Source of the DNA: Octopus vulgaris
Lineage: Eukaryota
DNA length: 64,000 bases
Assembly: GCA_951406725.2 (NCBI GenBank)
Contig: OX597828.1
Coordinates: forward strand, 57,722,001-57,786,000
Direction of reading: 5' to 3'
Of this stretch, positions 28,618-43,871 are shown piece after piece. The translations under genes and the position numbers were made by a program. Numbering within the stretch: position 1 is the stretch's first letter; every line of letters starts with the position of its first letter. The notes beneath the pieces were generated by a model, which saw nothing but the letters and a program-made list of their open reading frames with translations, searched no databases and was not told the origin of the DNA.

Positions 28618-29105
28618 ATGCTTCAACACACGACCTCATATAAAGAATCTTGCAAACCAAATCCAAAAACGAAATGACAACATATTTTATATAAATAGTA
28701 GAGCACTTTTATACACCTGCAGAAAACTAATCTACATATACATGTGCGTATTCTCCAACGGACAGAATTCAATGCGATGTACAAAGATATTAAATTTATG
28801 AGTAAAAAATAAACAGATATATGGGACAGATATTAACAATACATCAATCACATCGTTGCTAAACTTATAGGCTTATTTTTGTAATCATCTTTGCTTAAAC
28901 ACCTGCTACTTGCACACAATTTCAACATCTGTATATCTTCTTTCCCAAATCATTTAATAAATCATATGTACACAGAACACCATCATGTACACAAAATATT
29001 TTCCCGATATTATACACGAAGTTCTTGGTTTTAATGGTATTGTGAAAAGCCTGACTGAAGGCCCAAACTTCCGAGTTCTTTTACGGGGCATAAAGGACCA
29101 CTGCC

Positions 29106-29205
<100 letters not shown>

Positions 29206-29249
29206 ATTATTATTCATCTTATTATGTTCATATACACTCAACAGATCAG

Positions 29250-29610
29250 ACTGTTAGAAAAGAAAAGAATCCTAACATCGGGCTACAATAAGTAGACGTA
29301 GATGTCAATGTCAAGAACCTTCCCCCTCCCTATTGGGTTACAGCAAGTAACCTCAGATGTCAAGATCCCTCGTAAGTAGCCTAGCTGTCCCTAATAACAC
29401 TATTTACTGCAGCTGTACTAAATTGGGTGTTATGCTTATTTCAGATCTTCCCAATTCACCTATTATAATTACTGGGATACATTTTAGACGCACTTTCAAT
29501 AACTAGATCCTGGGTACTTTACTATTTTTTTCTCTCTCATATTAATTTTTTCATCATTTGGGACTGTAAAGTCATTTATCTGGCGCTTTGCGTTCTTTTT
29601 ATCTACTACA

Positions 29611-29680
<70 letters not shown>

Positions 29681-31420
29681 AATCAGGCCTTCTAGTTTCG
29701 ATTACGCTATCATTCTGAATGTTAAAATCACACAGTATCTTGTATTTCTTACTTTCTAGTACTTTATTAGGTTCATATTCATACCATTGATCAGTATGTT
29801 CAAATCCTAGCTTTCTTAATATATCCCAGTGGATTGCACTCCCTAGATTATCATGTCTTTTCTTGTATTCTTTCTGTGCCTGCATGCTACATTCGCTTAC
29901 TATATGAGTAACTCTTTCCTCTTTTGGTTTGCATTGGGAATCTACTTGGTTTTTGTCTATCGTGGCCTCCTTTATCCAATTAGTTCTTAGTGCTTGAACT
30001 TGTGCTGTACTAGCAAAATTTCTGTCTCCTTCTTCAGCTTTCCTTTCTGCAACCATAACCACGTCTCACTAATACTATTCGCTGAAACTACCTTTGGGAA
30101 TCTAACCTGACAGTCAGATTATTTCAGCTCTACTTTCCAGTTTTTAACTTTGTTTAGGTTTCTGGTTTCCCTATTCTTGCTGTGAATATAACAGCTTTTA
30201 ATAAACTTTCTTTTACTATTACTTACATAGGATTCTATATCTATTCTAACGAACTCCACACAGTCTTCTACTGATATTAACCCACTTCTGCCTCCCTTTC
30301 TACGTAGGTATTAACCTGCTACTCCTGTCCTTGGGTGCAGTTCTCTTTTCATCTTAAACTCCTTGCTAGTTCTCTCCAGCTTTGCTAATTCGGTTTTTGT
30401 TCAGTCTAAAAAAGTTGCTGAGTATCTAAGTAATGATACTGCCAAAGTATTTACAGACTTCACTAGATTCGGACTATTTAGCTTTGATTTAGTTAGCTTC
30501 CTCACTCTTCCCCTCCTTCTCAATTTTCGTTTTCATTTTTGTAGTTAGTACTCAGTCAGTTTCTAATAGTCCTAGATATTTATAACTCTCTCCTCTTTTC
30601 AATGATTTTAATGTCTGGCCATCTGGTACTTGGATGCCTTTGCTGTCGACTGCCTGCCCCCTTCTCACGACTAACATTGCACACTTATCTATGCAAATTT
30701 CCATGCCTATATTTCTGTTGAAAAGTGTTACAGTCTGAATTAAGGAATCTATCTCTTTTACATTCTTACTAAAAAGCTTCAGATCATCCATGTAGAGCAA
30801 ATGGTTAATTTTCCCCTTACTATTTCTAAATTGATACTCTGTCTTTGCCTTCTTTAATAATAAACTGAGGTGGGGGGGGGGTCAAACATAAGACAAACAT
30901 TAAAGGGGACAACGACTTCTCCTGGAAAATTTCTCTTTTAATATTAACTTTATCCATGACTGTGTCACATGAGTAAAGATCTACTTTGAATTTCTTCGTG
31001 CTAAAGCTAATTAATTCTCTTATGTTGTATGCTATACTCAATATACGCAAACACTCACTTATCCATGAGTGTGGGATCATGACATAGACTTTTCTATAAT
31101 CTATCCATGCTATTTTTAGAGTTTTCTTTCTAGCTTTTACTTCATTTAGAACTGCTTTGTCTATATATAAGAGATCATGCGTTCCTGTAGCCTTCTTCCT
31201 GCAACCTTTCTGTTCTTCTGGTTGTAAATTCTGGTTGCCATGGTGCTCGTAATTGCTTTCAGAAAGCATTTCTGCTAACCGCTTCCACACCACTGGTAAG
31301 CAAGTGATTGGTCTATAGTTGCTAGTTGTATTACTCTTGATCTAATCTTTCACAGTTAACATTGTTTTCTTTCTAGTGATTATTAATGACCAGTATTGTC
31401 CTCCCTCTCGCAATTACAAC
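29250..31420 (-). mobile_element. R4/Dong-clade non-LTR retrotransposon (RT plus RLE), decayed
   Basis: NYRPITCLPVVWK, LQPEEQKGCRK, AWIDYRK, LSPLMFVLCL, LYMDDLKLF, YKYLGL, YKKRHDNLG, RRPDL; (TTA)n at 29108-29215 and 31425-31481. Confidence 0.92.
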
Positions 31421-31423
31421 AAC

Positions 31424-31728
<305 letters not shown>

Positions 31729-32301
31729 CATCATTGCCTTTATACATCTTCTAACGCTGGAGATATACCACGGTGTCAGCTGTTCAATACCAGTGGCTTG
31801 CTGAATACGAACGAATAAGCTTTGTTTAAGAAGCGAATATCGAGAAATAACTATTCGTGTGAAATTACAAAAAAATTGTTGCACAGAAGGAAGGTGTTAA
31901 ATCTTTGTTCAAAGTTGTCTGCAATGTCGTATGCCCTGGGGAAATAGATTATTTTTCTATTCGCTTTTAATCAATGGCACCCAGATAAGAATTGAAAAGA
32001 CAGTACTGATAACATTTTATTACTGTCGAGCATGTGGCAATATCCCACGGGGAAATCATGAACAAAAGCAAATGGATTTGTCACTTCGGTCACATGGTAT
32101 AATGTTATTGTTATTATTATTTTTGTTGTTTTTATACTAAAAGAAATAGTAGGCAATCTAGCTTTAGATTTATAAAAGTCAGGATGGTTTCAGACAACAG
32201 CTGATCTGAGTTAATTATTAACTCTAAAGTAATACCTGCATAGCCTTATTTTCATTCTTTTGACATAGAACACGAACAGTACAAGAATTCTTCTTGTAAA
32301 C

Positions 32302-32383
32302 ATGGATTGCACAATCATTGGTACGCTGGTTACATTGATGGCATTGATAGATTGGTGGTCAGAGAGAATTGGATATCGGAATG
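32302..32383 (+). CDS. Candidate first coding exon, signal-peptide/anchor-like (MDCTIIGTLVTLMALIDWWSERIGYRN+G), phase-1 donor
   Basis: Acceptor ttttcattcttttgacatag ending 32268, Kozak aacATGg, hydrophobic core, donor G|gtatgc; non-repetitive context; no homology recognised. Confidence 0.35.
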
Positions 32384-33274
32384 GTATGCTGTTTCCACTT
32401 TTCTCAATTATAGTCATTAAATCATTGTTAAAACTGTCTTAAAGATTTGATAGATTGTTAGAAAGGGTAATATATCAAATAAAGGCTTAATAGGACACAG
32501 ATATATTTTGTAAAAGAACGGCTGAATCTTTACAGAGAGAAGGAAGGAGATAGGAGCATGGAAGAGAGAGTAGAGAGACAGAAAATGGGAGAAAGACTAG
32601 GAGAGGAAAGGAACAGGATGTAAAAATGGAGGAGGGGAGGGGGAGGAGGGACAAGGTGAAGGAGGAGGAAGAAAAGGAGGAGGAGTAGGGGGAGAAAAGC
32701 ATAACAACAACAACAACAAAAGTTTAGCGATATTCTTTTACTTGTTTCAGTTATTTGTCTGCGGCCATGCTGGTGTCGAATTCTGCTCTGCTTTACTTGA
32801 GGATAAAAAAAGGCATTTTAGCATCTCCGATAAACTTGCTCGTTTGAAGCGATTTATATATGGCGTGTAGTTAGTTGTACGTGATCGAAAGCCTGACAAA
32901 GGAGACTGCAAAAGTTTGTGAAGCGATTTAGTACTGGGTTTAATTTACAATTCGATGCAACGCATACAGTGAATGTAACACATTTTTCTGGAGTATTACT
33001 GATAGAAACATGCTTGAAAAGCTGCCGATCGGGAGGCAGGAAATAGTACGGACTGACCTATAAAATATAGAAGTTTACAATTCCCATAATGTATTGATAA
33101 AGGTGACAATTTTCAAGGGGACAATTTTCAAGGGAGCAATTTTAAGAGAATAGATTTCTAAAATAGTTTTTGGGAAGATAGCTTCGAGGAGGTAGTTTAA
33201 GATTTTGATGGTGCAGGCACTTGCAAGGGGAGGATAAAACGTTATTCATACACTCAGTCGACTAAAATATTATT

Positions 33275-34070
33275 TTCTACTCTAGGCACAAGACACGAAA
33301 TTTTGGGGGAGATGACCAGTCGTGTAGATCGACACCAGTACGCAACTGGTACTTAATTTATCGACTCCAAAAGGATGAAAGGCAAAGTCGACCTCGGCGG
33401 GATTTGAACTCGGAACATAAAGACAGACGAAATCCCTATTTCTTTACTACCCACAAGGGGCTAAACACAGAGAGGACAAACAAGGACAGACAAACGGATT
33501 AAGTCGATAACATCGACCCCAGTGCGTAACTGGTACTAATTTAATCGACCCCGAAAGGATGAAAGGCAAAGTTGACCTCGGCGGAATTTGAACTCAGAAC
33601 GTAGCGGCAGACGAAATACCTATTTCTTTATTGCTCACAAGGGGCTAAACACAGAGGGGCCAAAAAAGGACAGACAAACGGATTAAGTCGAATACATCGA
33701 CCCAAGTGCGTTACTGGTACTTATTTAATCGACCCCGAAAGGATTACCATATTAGTGGGTAAAATGATAACATCGACCCTAGTGCTTAACCGGTGCTTAT
33801 TTTACCAACCTCGAAAGAATGAATTGCAAAGTCGACATCGGCGGAATTTGAACTCAGAACGTAATGACGGAGGAAATGACGCTCTGCATTTTGCCGTACA
33901 AATATATTAATTTATTGAAAGCGAATCTAGGGTTTGGGACCGAGGAGATTTTATAGCACGCCGAGAAAAATGCTTCAAGGCATTTTATCTGTTTTTAAGT
34001 TTTGAGTTTAAATTCCACCGATGACGAATTAAACTTTTATCTCTGTGGGGTCGATAAAATAAGTACCATT
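33275..34070. mobile_element. SINE-B multimer (-, 33275-33895) and a degenerate plus-strand copy
   Basis: Core repeated about every 185 bp, joined at gacgaaat(a/c)cctatttc. Confidence 0.88.
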
Positions 34071-34356
34071 TGACTGCCTGTGCAGAAATTTGTAACCAGT
34101 ATATTGAAAGCGAACCCATGTATCCGTATTTTAGGCTATAGATTTGCGTAGGAACATTTAAAAGCAAAATCATCTGAACTTTTATGTTATTCTTAAGAAA
34201 AAAATTATTCGATTGTAACTGCTCTGAATGAATCAATTTAAGATTTATTCAGCTACAGTGAATTCTGTGTGACTGAGTACATTTTAGATATCAGTATGTG
34301 CGGAAAAAGGCAGGCTTTATAATATGCTGGCCTTGTCCCAAGATTTGAAATCAGTA

Positions 34357-34533
34357 TACTCTTTTACTTGTTTCAGTCATTTGACTGTGGCCATGCTGGA
34401 GCACCGCCTTTACTCGAGCAAATCGACCCCAAGACTTATTCTTTGGAAGCCTAGTACTTACGGGAACGTAAACACACCAGCATCGATTGTCAAGCGATTT
34501 TGGGGAGGACAAACACAGACACATAAACACATG

Positions 34534-34590
<57 letters not shown>

Positions 34591-34705
34591 GACGGGCTTC
34601 TTTCAGTTTCCATCTACCAAATCCACTCACAAGGCTTCGGTCGGCCCGAGGCTATAGTAGAAGACACTTGCCGAAGGTGCCACGCAGTGGGACTAAACCC
34701 AGAAC
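34357..34705 (-). mobile_element. SINE-A
   Basis: Tail, microsatellite and most of the head match other copies. Confidence 0.88.
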
Positions 34706-35378
34706 CTCCTACACCTATAATATATCCTTAATCAGGTCACTACTGAAATGCACCCCAATATTTTTTTTTTCTTACTGAGGTTTGTTTTCGAGGCAAAATT
34801 TTAAAAAAATGTTTCTCATGTCTGTACAAGGCTCGGAATTTTGCGAGGAGGGTGTACTTTATACAATCGACCCCGGTTGGATATAAAGCAATGCCAGGCT
34901 TATCGGGATTTGAATTCAGCAAATAGAAACACACCAAAACACGCAAGCAGAACGCCATCACACATAATTAAATAGTGTGGAACTTAAAACAGTGTTTTAT
35001 TATTTATTTACTGCTCCAAAATAACATACTATCCTCTTAAATGGGTGGAGTCGAGCTGTATCCTTGAGATTAATCGTTTGTTTAATTTCAAATGTTGAAT
35101 GATCTCATTCATTTGAGCAATGAAAAAGAACAAAAACGAAAGTTTGGTGACGGCAACAAATAAAGATGTAGCGAAACAATTTTAGGAACTGAGCGAGAGA
35201 AAGGAAACAAATAGCTTAATTTTGCAGGAGAAAATTGTGAATGTGTTGAAAACAAGAAAAAATTATTATAGTAAAAAAGTACCAACATAAATCATATGGC
35301 TGCAGAAATTCTTCATGTCATATTGTAGCTACAAATATAAAACGGATCCAATTACACCATTTCTAAAAAGACAAAAGA

Positions 35379-35379
<1 letters not shown>

Positions 35380-35457
<78 letters not shown>

Positions 35458-35501
35458 GCAACAACAACAACAATAATAATAATAATAGCAACAACAACAA
35501 C

Positions 35502-35562
<61 letters not shown>

Positions 35563-35588
35563 GCAACAACAATAATAATAATAATAAA
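35380..35588. repeat. (AAT)n microsatellite with repeated agc(aac)n interruptions
   Basis: Seen directly. Confidence 0.97.
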
Positions 35589-35721
35589 TATACATACGTT
35601 CAGGCACATATGCTCATGTATATATGACTATATATGCAAATATTTATATATCTAAGTCTTATATATAAAAGTTTTCTATATATAAGGTTTTAAAGTTTAA
35701 AAATACACATATTCACACACA

Positions 35722-35758
<37 letters not shown>

Positions 35759-36148
35759 ACACACATACACGCATACTCACACACACACACATACACACAC
35801 ACACACACACATATATATATAAATACATATATATTGAGAGAGAGAGAGAGAAAGAAAGAGAGAGAAATTTCGACATATATAAATTCATACAAGTAGTCAC
35901 ACATACGCGCTTAGATATTCTATTTTCACAAGCACTTACTGCAAAACAAACACTGAGAAGTCCACTATTCACATACTGACAGCAATGAAATAATCGCACA
36001 TATTTCAACACCAAATCATGCAAATAACAACATAATGAACACAGACTGGAAACACGCACACACTAACACAATAACACACACATAGATATATATATATATA
36101 TATATATGTCTGTGTGTGTATGTGTATACATACGTGCATCAGCAAAGA

Positions 36149-36196
<48 letters not shown>

Positions 36197-36235
36197 GAGT
36201 GTGTGTGTGTGTATGTATATATGTATATTGTTTTA

Positions 36236-36613
36236 CTCTTTTACTTTTTTCAGACATTTGACTGTGGCCATGCTGGAGCACCGCATTTAGTCGAGCAAAT
36301 CGACACCAGGTCTTATTCTTTGGAAACCTAGTACTTATTCTATCGGTCTCTTTTGCCGAACCGTTAAGTTAGGGGGACGTAAACACAGCAGCATCGGTTA
36401 TCAAGCGATGTTGGTGGGGACAAAGACAGACACACAAACATACACACACACATACACACAGCTTCTTTCAGTTTCCGTCTACCAAATCCACTTACAATGC
36501 TTTGGTCGGCCCGAGGCTATAATAGAAGACACTTGATCAAAGTGCCACGTAGTGGGACTGAACCGGGAGCCATGTGGTTCGTAAGCGAGCTACTTACCAC
36601 ACAGCCACTCCTA

Positions 36614-36616
<3 letters not shown>
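36236..36616 (-). mobile_element. SINE-A
   Basis: Full head and tail. Confidence 0.88.
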
Positions 36617-36650
<34 letters not shown>

Positions 36651-36850
36651 GCAAAGGGAAATGCGCACATGAAAGAGACACAGAACGCATGCGCATAGCA
36701 ATAAGGACATGCATACAATCTCTACATGCGTACAACGCCCGCATACATATTCACATGAGAAAATTTCCCACAGTATGTTTCCCATTCCATCTCCTATGCA
36801 TGAACCATTTTGCTCTTCCGTCTCACCTCAGTTTAATTAAAAAGCCAGTT

Positions 36851-36930
36851 TACCCTCATAGTAGGGTACTCAGCCGGCATCTGCGAGGAGCGGGTTCGAG
36901 TCCCGTTGCTCTCTGCTGACAACTTTTTCC
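36851..36930 (+). other. Degenerate tRNA-like (Pol III) cassette
   Basis: T-arm cggg-ttcgagt-cccg and a downstream T-run; no intact acceptor stem. Confidence 0.4.
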
Positions 36931-37074
36931 GTCTTACAAGAGTAAAATACTCACTCTTTGTGCTGTTTTCACGGCTATACTGTTTTCGAAATACTCCTTT
37001 TTTATGTGTGCAATACGAAATACATTCAACGCTTCCCAAAACAAAAAAAACAGTCGGTTTACAAATAATGTTGC

Positions 37075-37987
37075 ATATAATGATTCTTCTTTTCCACCAT
37101 GGATCTTTTCTTTTGTCACGCCCACTATATTTCTTTTTCTTGACATCAACACCCACGTTTTCTGCTACAATAATACTTGCTGCTTTGATCAAATTGTTTG
37201 TTTCTGTGATGTTATTTGTTCTGATGTATTTAAGAATTTCATTGACATTTTTCGTTTCTTTGTTCAATTTCCATCAATCAACCTTTGCAAATAATGTCGC
37301 TAATGTTCTCCTGTACTCTTACCTTTTACTGTCGTAGATTGCCAATTGTTCATCTGTCATGTCACCATTAGTTTTATTGTCTTCTTTTAGATCATCTATG
37401 TCTCTCATCAAGTAAACTACACCTGCTCCATTCCTGTACTGTGGGATTACTCTTATTAGTAAGAATTGTATTTTCATTGTTATCTCCGCTGCTATTTTCC
37501 ATGACCCGTCTTTTGATAGCTTCGAAATCTACTTCTGTGAAACAACAATTTTTTTTCTTATTGCTCTAGTTTGATCACAGTCTCTGTTCCGTGAGTTGAA
37601 ACAATCCCTTTTCTCTCCAATGATCATACATACGTTGTCGGTAACCCCTAATTTGAGCACCATTTTCATCTACTGGGCTGCTCAGGCAGTAACGCTCCAT
37701 GACCACAGCATTAATTTGCTTGCCCCGTCTACACCGTGTGTGGTGATCCCTTTCTGGATATCGACAGGCTGGAGCAGGACCAGAATCTCCGAGCCTACCG
37801 GGTGTAACACTATCACCATCAATGGCTTCACTTTTATTACCACCGTTATTCACAATATTTTGTTTTTTCTTTGTCACTCATATGAGGTAGCGATCATCAG
37901 GTTATGCAATTACCAGTGTTTTATTGTGACACCATCACTAGATGTATCATTAATCACTCCATGAGGCGGCTCCGCCCTTTCCCTTCC
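37075..37987 (-). mobile_element. R4/Dong-clade element, 5'UTR and N-terminal ORF only
   Basis: GYRQRMYDHWREKGLFQLTEQRL, NITETNNLIKAA, KDPWWKRRI; (ATT)n at the 5' junction, 37988-38004. Confidence 0.8.
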
Positions 37988-38039
37988 ATTATTATTATTA
38001 TTATCACTGATACCACTGATATTATTGTTTTCATGTGTT

Positions 38040-38768
38040 GTAGCAGCAATGGTGGCAGCAACAGCAACAGTAGTAGGGGTGGGGAGTGGTAGTAGTGGTA
38101 GTTGAGCCTAAGATTCCTTTGCTATCCGTATAGTAGTTTTTGCAATATTAGCAGCTGCAGCATAATATTTTTTATCATTGTCACCATCACCACCACCACT
38201 ATTGTTATTATCTTTGTTACTATTTCCATTTATTATGAAAAGTCTTTATTAATGTTCTTTATTTTCAACTTTTGTGTTGTATTTGAGATAACCATAAATA
38301 TGTGGTTTTTGAAGGAAATAGTTGGGTAGCAGCTTGCTGAATAAATCAAATTCTACAGGTCTATAAATGCAGATGGTGGGGAGGTCAGCCATAGAGACAA
38401 AAGAACCTTCATACCTATTTCTTTATTACCCACTAGGGGCCAAACACAGAGGGGACAAACAAGGACAGACATAGGTATTAAGTCGATTACATCGACCCCA
38501 GTGCGTAACTGGTACTTAATTTATCGACCCCGAAAGGATGAAAGGCAAAGTTGACCTCGGCGGAATTTGAACTCACAACGTAACGCAGACGAAATACGGC
38601 TACGCATTTCGCCCGGCGTGCTAACGTTTCTGCCAGCTTGCCGCCTTAATACCCTTTGGGTCAGCAGAGGTCAAATGTGTTTACTACTGCCAGTGATCAC
38701 TGAGAGCGCTGCCTTCAAAAGAAGCAATTCAACCTGTTCTATTTGTAATTACTGGTAGAAAAACAATA

Positions 38769-38800
<32 letters not shown>

Positions 38801-39010
38801 TAATATACACGTCATTGAATTTTTGAATTTCTGTTTTTTAAGTATTCTTGAGACACTCGTTTGCCTGTCCAGTTGGCGAATACAGTTGGACATTTGCAAT
38901 GAAAAGGATTACATTTTCGAATATTCAGGGAGTGTCAAAAAGAAAAGTAAACGAGTTGTAGATAGTAAAGTTTTAAGATTTACTAAATATGGTCTTGCGT
39001 ATGACCGCAC
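38040..39010 (-). mobile_element. Interspersed repeat shared with 57160-57990, probably the 3' part of the adjacent Penelope element
   Basis: Collinear similarity over ~700 bp, interrupted by a SINE-B. Confidence 0.65.
38411..38645 (-). mobile_element. SINE-B monomer, filled site
   Basis: Full element; absent from the paralogous position at ~57548. Confidence 0.9.
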
Positions 39011-39389
39011 AGAGAGAAATAGTAGCGTTCTTTTTTGATGTTGGTAGATTTATCTCCAGGAATTATTTTTTCTTGTGGTGTTTTCAAACTTATGACTTGT
39101 TCACTCTGTGTCAGTCCGAAAAAAATATATATATTTTGTCTTGTTTTTTTGTTTTTGCTTCGGTTGTGACACGTGTTCTCATATGCTTGTATGTGTATGC
39201 TGTAAATTTAATGTAGTTGTGTAAACATTGGGATGTATGTTTGGTCCTATGGGTATTAGAATGTATATATGGTTGTGTAGACATTCGAGCGTGTGCGTAA
39301 TTACTCAATTTATGTACTCATTGTTTTGGTCTATTTCTATTTTATAATTTGTAAACTTTCCGGTGTTGATTTACGTGTGTGTTTTGCAC

Positions 39390-40310
39390 ATGTTTCACTG
39401 ATACATCGTGCATAAGAGAAACTGTGCTTTGAATGCCAGTAGAATTTCGTTTTGTGATTATTTTCGTTAAAAGACCATTTCCTTCATGTCTTCTACGGGT
39501 TCCTTTATCCCATTCCACCAATGTTATTAGATCAGATTTGCTTTTGGATGGAGAGCCCGGTGTAGCACATCCATGTTGCTATTCAGCGCGGAGATCGTTA
39601 TTATTTTTATTATTATTATTATTGTTGTTGTTGTTGTTGCTGCTGTTGTTGTTGTTATTAGTGTTTATATTACTTTTGTAATTTTTTCTATTTAAGTAAA
39701 AAGTGCCAAGTTTTTTATGATTCATGGAGTAGATGATAGTAGCCAGGTTATGTGTCAGACTATAATCTATTCTTATTGTTTTACTATTAATGATCCAGTA
39801 TTTAATTTTTTTCTTTTATAAAGTATTTGTTAGTTAGTATAAAGATTGTTTTTACTAAGTTGTTTTTGATTTGTATAGCATATGGTAGTATTAGCCAGAT
39901 AGTATCGTTTCCTGTGTTCGCATTATTAGGATTATTGTTCTTTGGTCTATTGTTATTATGTGGGCAATAATTTTTATTAGTAGTAGTAGTAATATTAACA
40001 TTCTACCCATTATTAGCATTTCTATTTCTATCAATATTAATGAAGCTGACGACGAGTGCCTGTTTGGAATTTCTTATGTTATTCATTTTATCCTTCTTAT
40101 ACCTGTGCGTGCTTCTAGAATTTATAAATTTGTTTTTCATTCCATAATTATTTCTATCAGTGTTCGTATCGTAAGTATTCATATTATTTTATTGTTAATA
40201 GGGAAGTATATAATTTCATCTTTATACCCTGCATTTTTAAGTGCTGCATTATACTTATCCTTGTGTTTATCAAATATCGCTACATTTGAGGAAAGATTTG
40301 AGATTCTGTT
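39390..40310 (-). mobile_element. Penelope-like element (Neptune-like) ORF remnant
   Basis: Minus-strand RISNLSSNVAIFDKHKDKYNAALKNAGY and TIWLILPYAIQIKNNLVKTIF resemble the Neptune RT thumb and linker (IIWFNPPY..VKTNVG). Confidence 0.7.
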
Positions 40311-40349
40311 GCAATTGCTTGATCTAGAGTCATATCATAATGATGATCA

Positions 40350-40755
40350 TATTCGTCGCAAAAAATCATGTTTAAAACATCGCCGAAAACAATCGCAGCA
40401 ATGAAAGCATAAGAATCCAAAATTTCACGATCGCAGGTCCTGATTCGGCCCGGAATGTTTTTAATTTACTCACAGAGTTGGCCTTTAGATTATGAAAATT
40501 GTTATCGTACAAAAAACTTTGTCGCAAACACTTTAAAAAATTGTCGGAAACAATCACAGTAATGAAAACTTGGGAATCCAAAATTTCAGGATTGTGTGTC
40601 CGGATTCGGCCCGAAATATTTTTAATTTAATCACGGAGTCAGCCTCACTAAAAAGTGGTATGATATATTAGGCTACGGCCTCTAGGAGTAAAGTTGAAAA
40701 AGTGTGACGCACTGACACACTAACATTCACATTTTTTAAATATTATAATATTATA
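40350..40755 (-). mobile_element. Helitron-like non-autonomous element with an internal ~161-bp tandem repeat
   Basis: Units start at ~40386 and ~40547; minus-strand 5' end resembles the TC-start copy at 41158-41207 (atctaatataataaatgtgaatgtc). Confidence 0.5.
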
Positions 40756-40759
40756 TTAA

Positions 40760-41152
40760 GGCGGCGAGCTGGTAGAATCGTTAGCACGCCGGGCGAAATG
40801 CTTAGTGGTATTTCGTTTGCCGTTACGCTCTGAGTTCAAATTCCACCCAGGTCGACTTTGCCTTTCATCCTTTCGGGGTCGATAAATTAACAGTTACACA
40901 CTGGGGTCGATATAATCGACTTAATCCGTTTGTCTGTCCTTGTTTGCCCTCTCTGTGTTTAGCCCCTTGTGGGTACTAAAGAAATAGGTATTTCGACCTC
41001 CGTTAGGTTTTGAGTTCGAATTGCGCTGAGATCGACTATGCTTTTCATCGTTTCGAGAACAATAAAATTAGTACCAGTAACGTACTGGGTCGATGGAATC
41101 GACTTAACCTCTTCCCCCAATATTTGAGGCCTTGTGCTTCCAGTAAAAAGGA
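40760..41152 (+). mobile_element. SINE-B dimer
   Basis: Head-core-tail1-ggtatttcg-core-tail2. Confidence 0.88.
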
Positions 41153-41245
41153 TGTATTAAAGTTGAAAATGTGTGACACGTTGACATTCACATTTATTAT
41201 ATTAGATATGTTTAATTATGCAGAAACTTTATTTCAATTAAAGTG

Positions 41246-41346
<101 letters not shown>

Positions 41347-41389
41347 GCATATATATATATATGTGTGTATATATATATATGTGTGTGTG

Positions 41390-41434
<45 letters not shown>

Positions 41435-41727
41435 GTATATATGTATATATATGTGTGTGTGTGTATTACAGAAAGCATAAAATAAAACAAAAAGGATAGT
41501 GTGCAGTAGTTGGTTCAGTATGTTGGCCACAGGAATTTCTGTCAAAGAGACAGACATGGTTGTACATCATCTCCCTCTATCTCTCACATACCCACTCTTT
41601 CTCTCTCACTAATTATTAGTCCCTCTGCCATCATCAATACTACTACATTTGGTAACACATTATCAACCCTCCCTAAATGTCTTTGTCTCTATTTCTCTCC
41701 CACTCTGTTTCTTTCTTTCTCTTTCTC

Positions 41728-41769
<42 letters not shown>

Positions 41770-41799
41770 TTGCCTGTCTTCGCCACCACCCTTAATTTT

Positions 41800-42204
<405 letters not shown>

Positions 42205-42438
42205 GGTTGGTGCATAATTATTGCGACTATTTTTCAACAAATTTTATTCAACCGAAACAATAACAATATTTAACAAAAACATCTTTAAATGATGGCCTGA
42301 CCGTCTGCCAAGCAAATGGGAAGCAGTAATTGATGCAGATGGTGAATACGCTCCGGAATAATCATTTAAAGATGTTTTTCTTACATATTGTTATTGTTTT
42401 TGTTGAAAAAAACCCGCAATAATTATGCACCAATCCAA
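42205..42438 (+). mobile_element. mariner-derived MITE retaining the transposase C-terminus
   Basis: TIR ttggtgcataattattgcg at both ends, extended inverted arms; centre encodes DRLPSKWEAVIDADGEYAPE*. Confidence 0.85.
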
Positions 42439-42439
42439 A

Positions 42440-42511
<72 letters not shown>

Positions 42512-42544
42512 CATACAAATACATATATATATATATATATATAC

Positions 42545-43100
<556 letters not shown>

Positions 43101-43123
43101 AATCATGTATGTATGTATGTATG

Positions 43124-43175
<52 letters not shown>

Positions 43176-43199
43176 TGTGTGTGTGTGGGTGTGTTTGTA

Positions 43200-43800
43200 T
43201 GTATATGTGTGTGTTACTGTTGGTGTGTTTACGTTCCCATACCTTAGCGGCTCGGCAAAAACGGTCGATAGAATAAGTACTAAGGTTTTTAAAAAAAACT
43301 AATAAACCCTGGAATCGATTTCTTCGACTAAAACCCCCACAAGGTGGTGCTCCAGCATGGCCGCAGTTAAATGACTGGAACAAGTAAATGAGTAAAACAA
43401 TAAAAGAATACATGGCGCAGATACATCTTTTATATTCAAGAAGTTTCCTTTACAACCATGCGGTTTAGGTTTCAGTCCTGCTTCAGACAAACATCTTCTA
43501 CATTAACCAGGGATGACCAACGTCATGTGGGTGAATTTATTTGACCTAGACTGTGTAGAAGCTCGTTGTAGATATATGTATACGTATTAATTGGTGATGC
43601 TTTCTTCCTTGGAGATTAGTGGTTGGGAAATTTAAAAGGCCAATAGAATATGTATCTGATTTTGAAAGCTTGGTATCTATTATACCGCTCGCTTTTCTGC
43701 CGTACTGCCTCATATGTAACGGTGTCTATTTGATATTCTAAAATCCCTGAAGACACTGCTCCAGTATAGCCAAAGTCTACTGACTGGAAGAAGTAAATGA
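43200..43800 (+). mobile_element. SINE-A fragments (tail, degenerate head, tail)
   Basis: Tail motif gctccagcatggccgcag..gactggaacaagtaa at ~43350 and a degenerate version at ~43760. Confidence 0.7.
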
Positions 43801-43871
43801 GCACTAGATCGGGTATTGATATATTTAATGATATAAATATATGTATGTATATATGTATATATATATATTTT

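Noticed and set aside
33275-33895. Regularly spaced repeats resembling a CRISPR array
   Set aside because: Whole ~185-bp SINE units repeat; there are no unique spacers or cas genes, and the DNA is eukaryotic.
37880-37987. Ribozyme at the 5' end of the Dong element
   Set aside because: Contains ctgatga on the minus strand, but I could not build a hammerhead or HDV-like fold by eye; a covariance-model search is needed.
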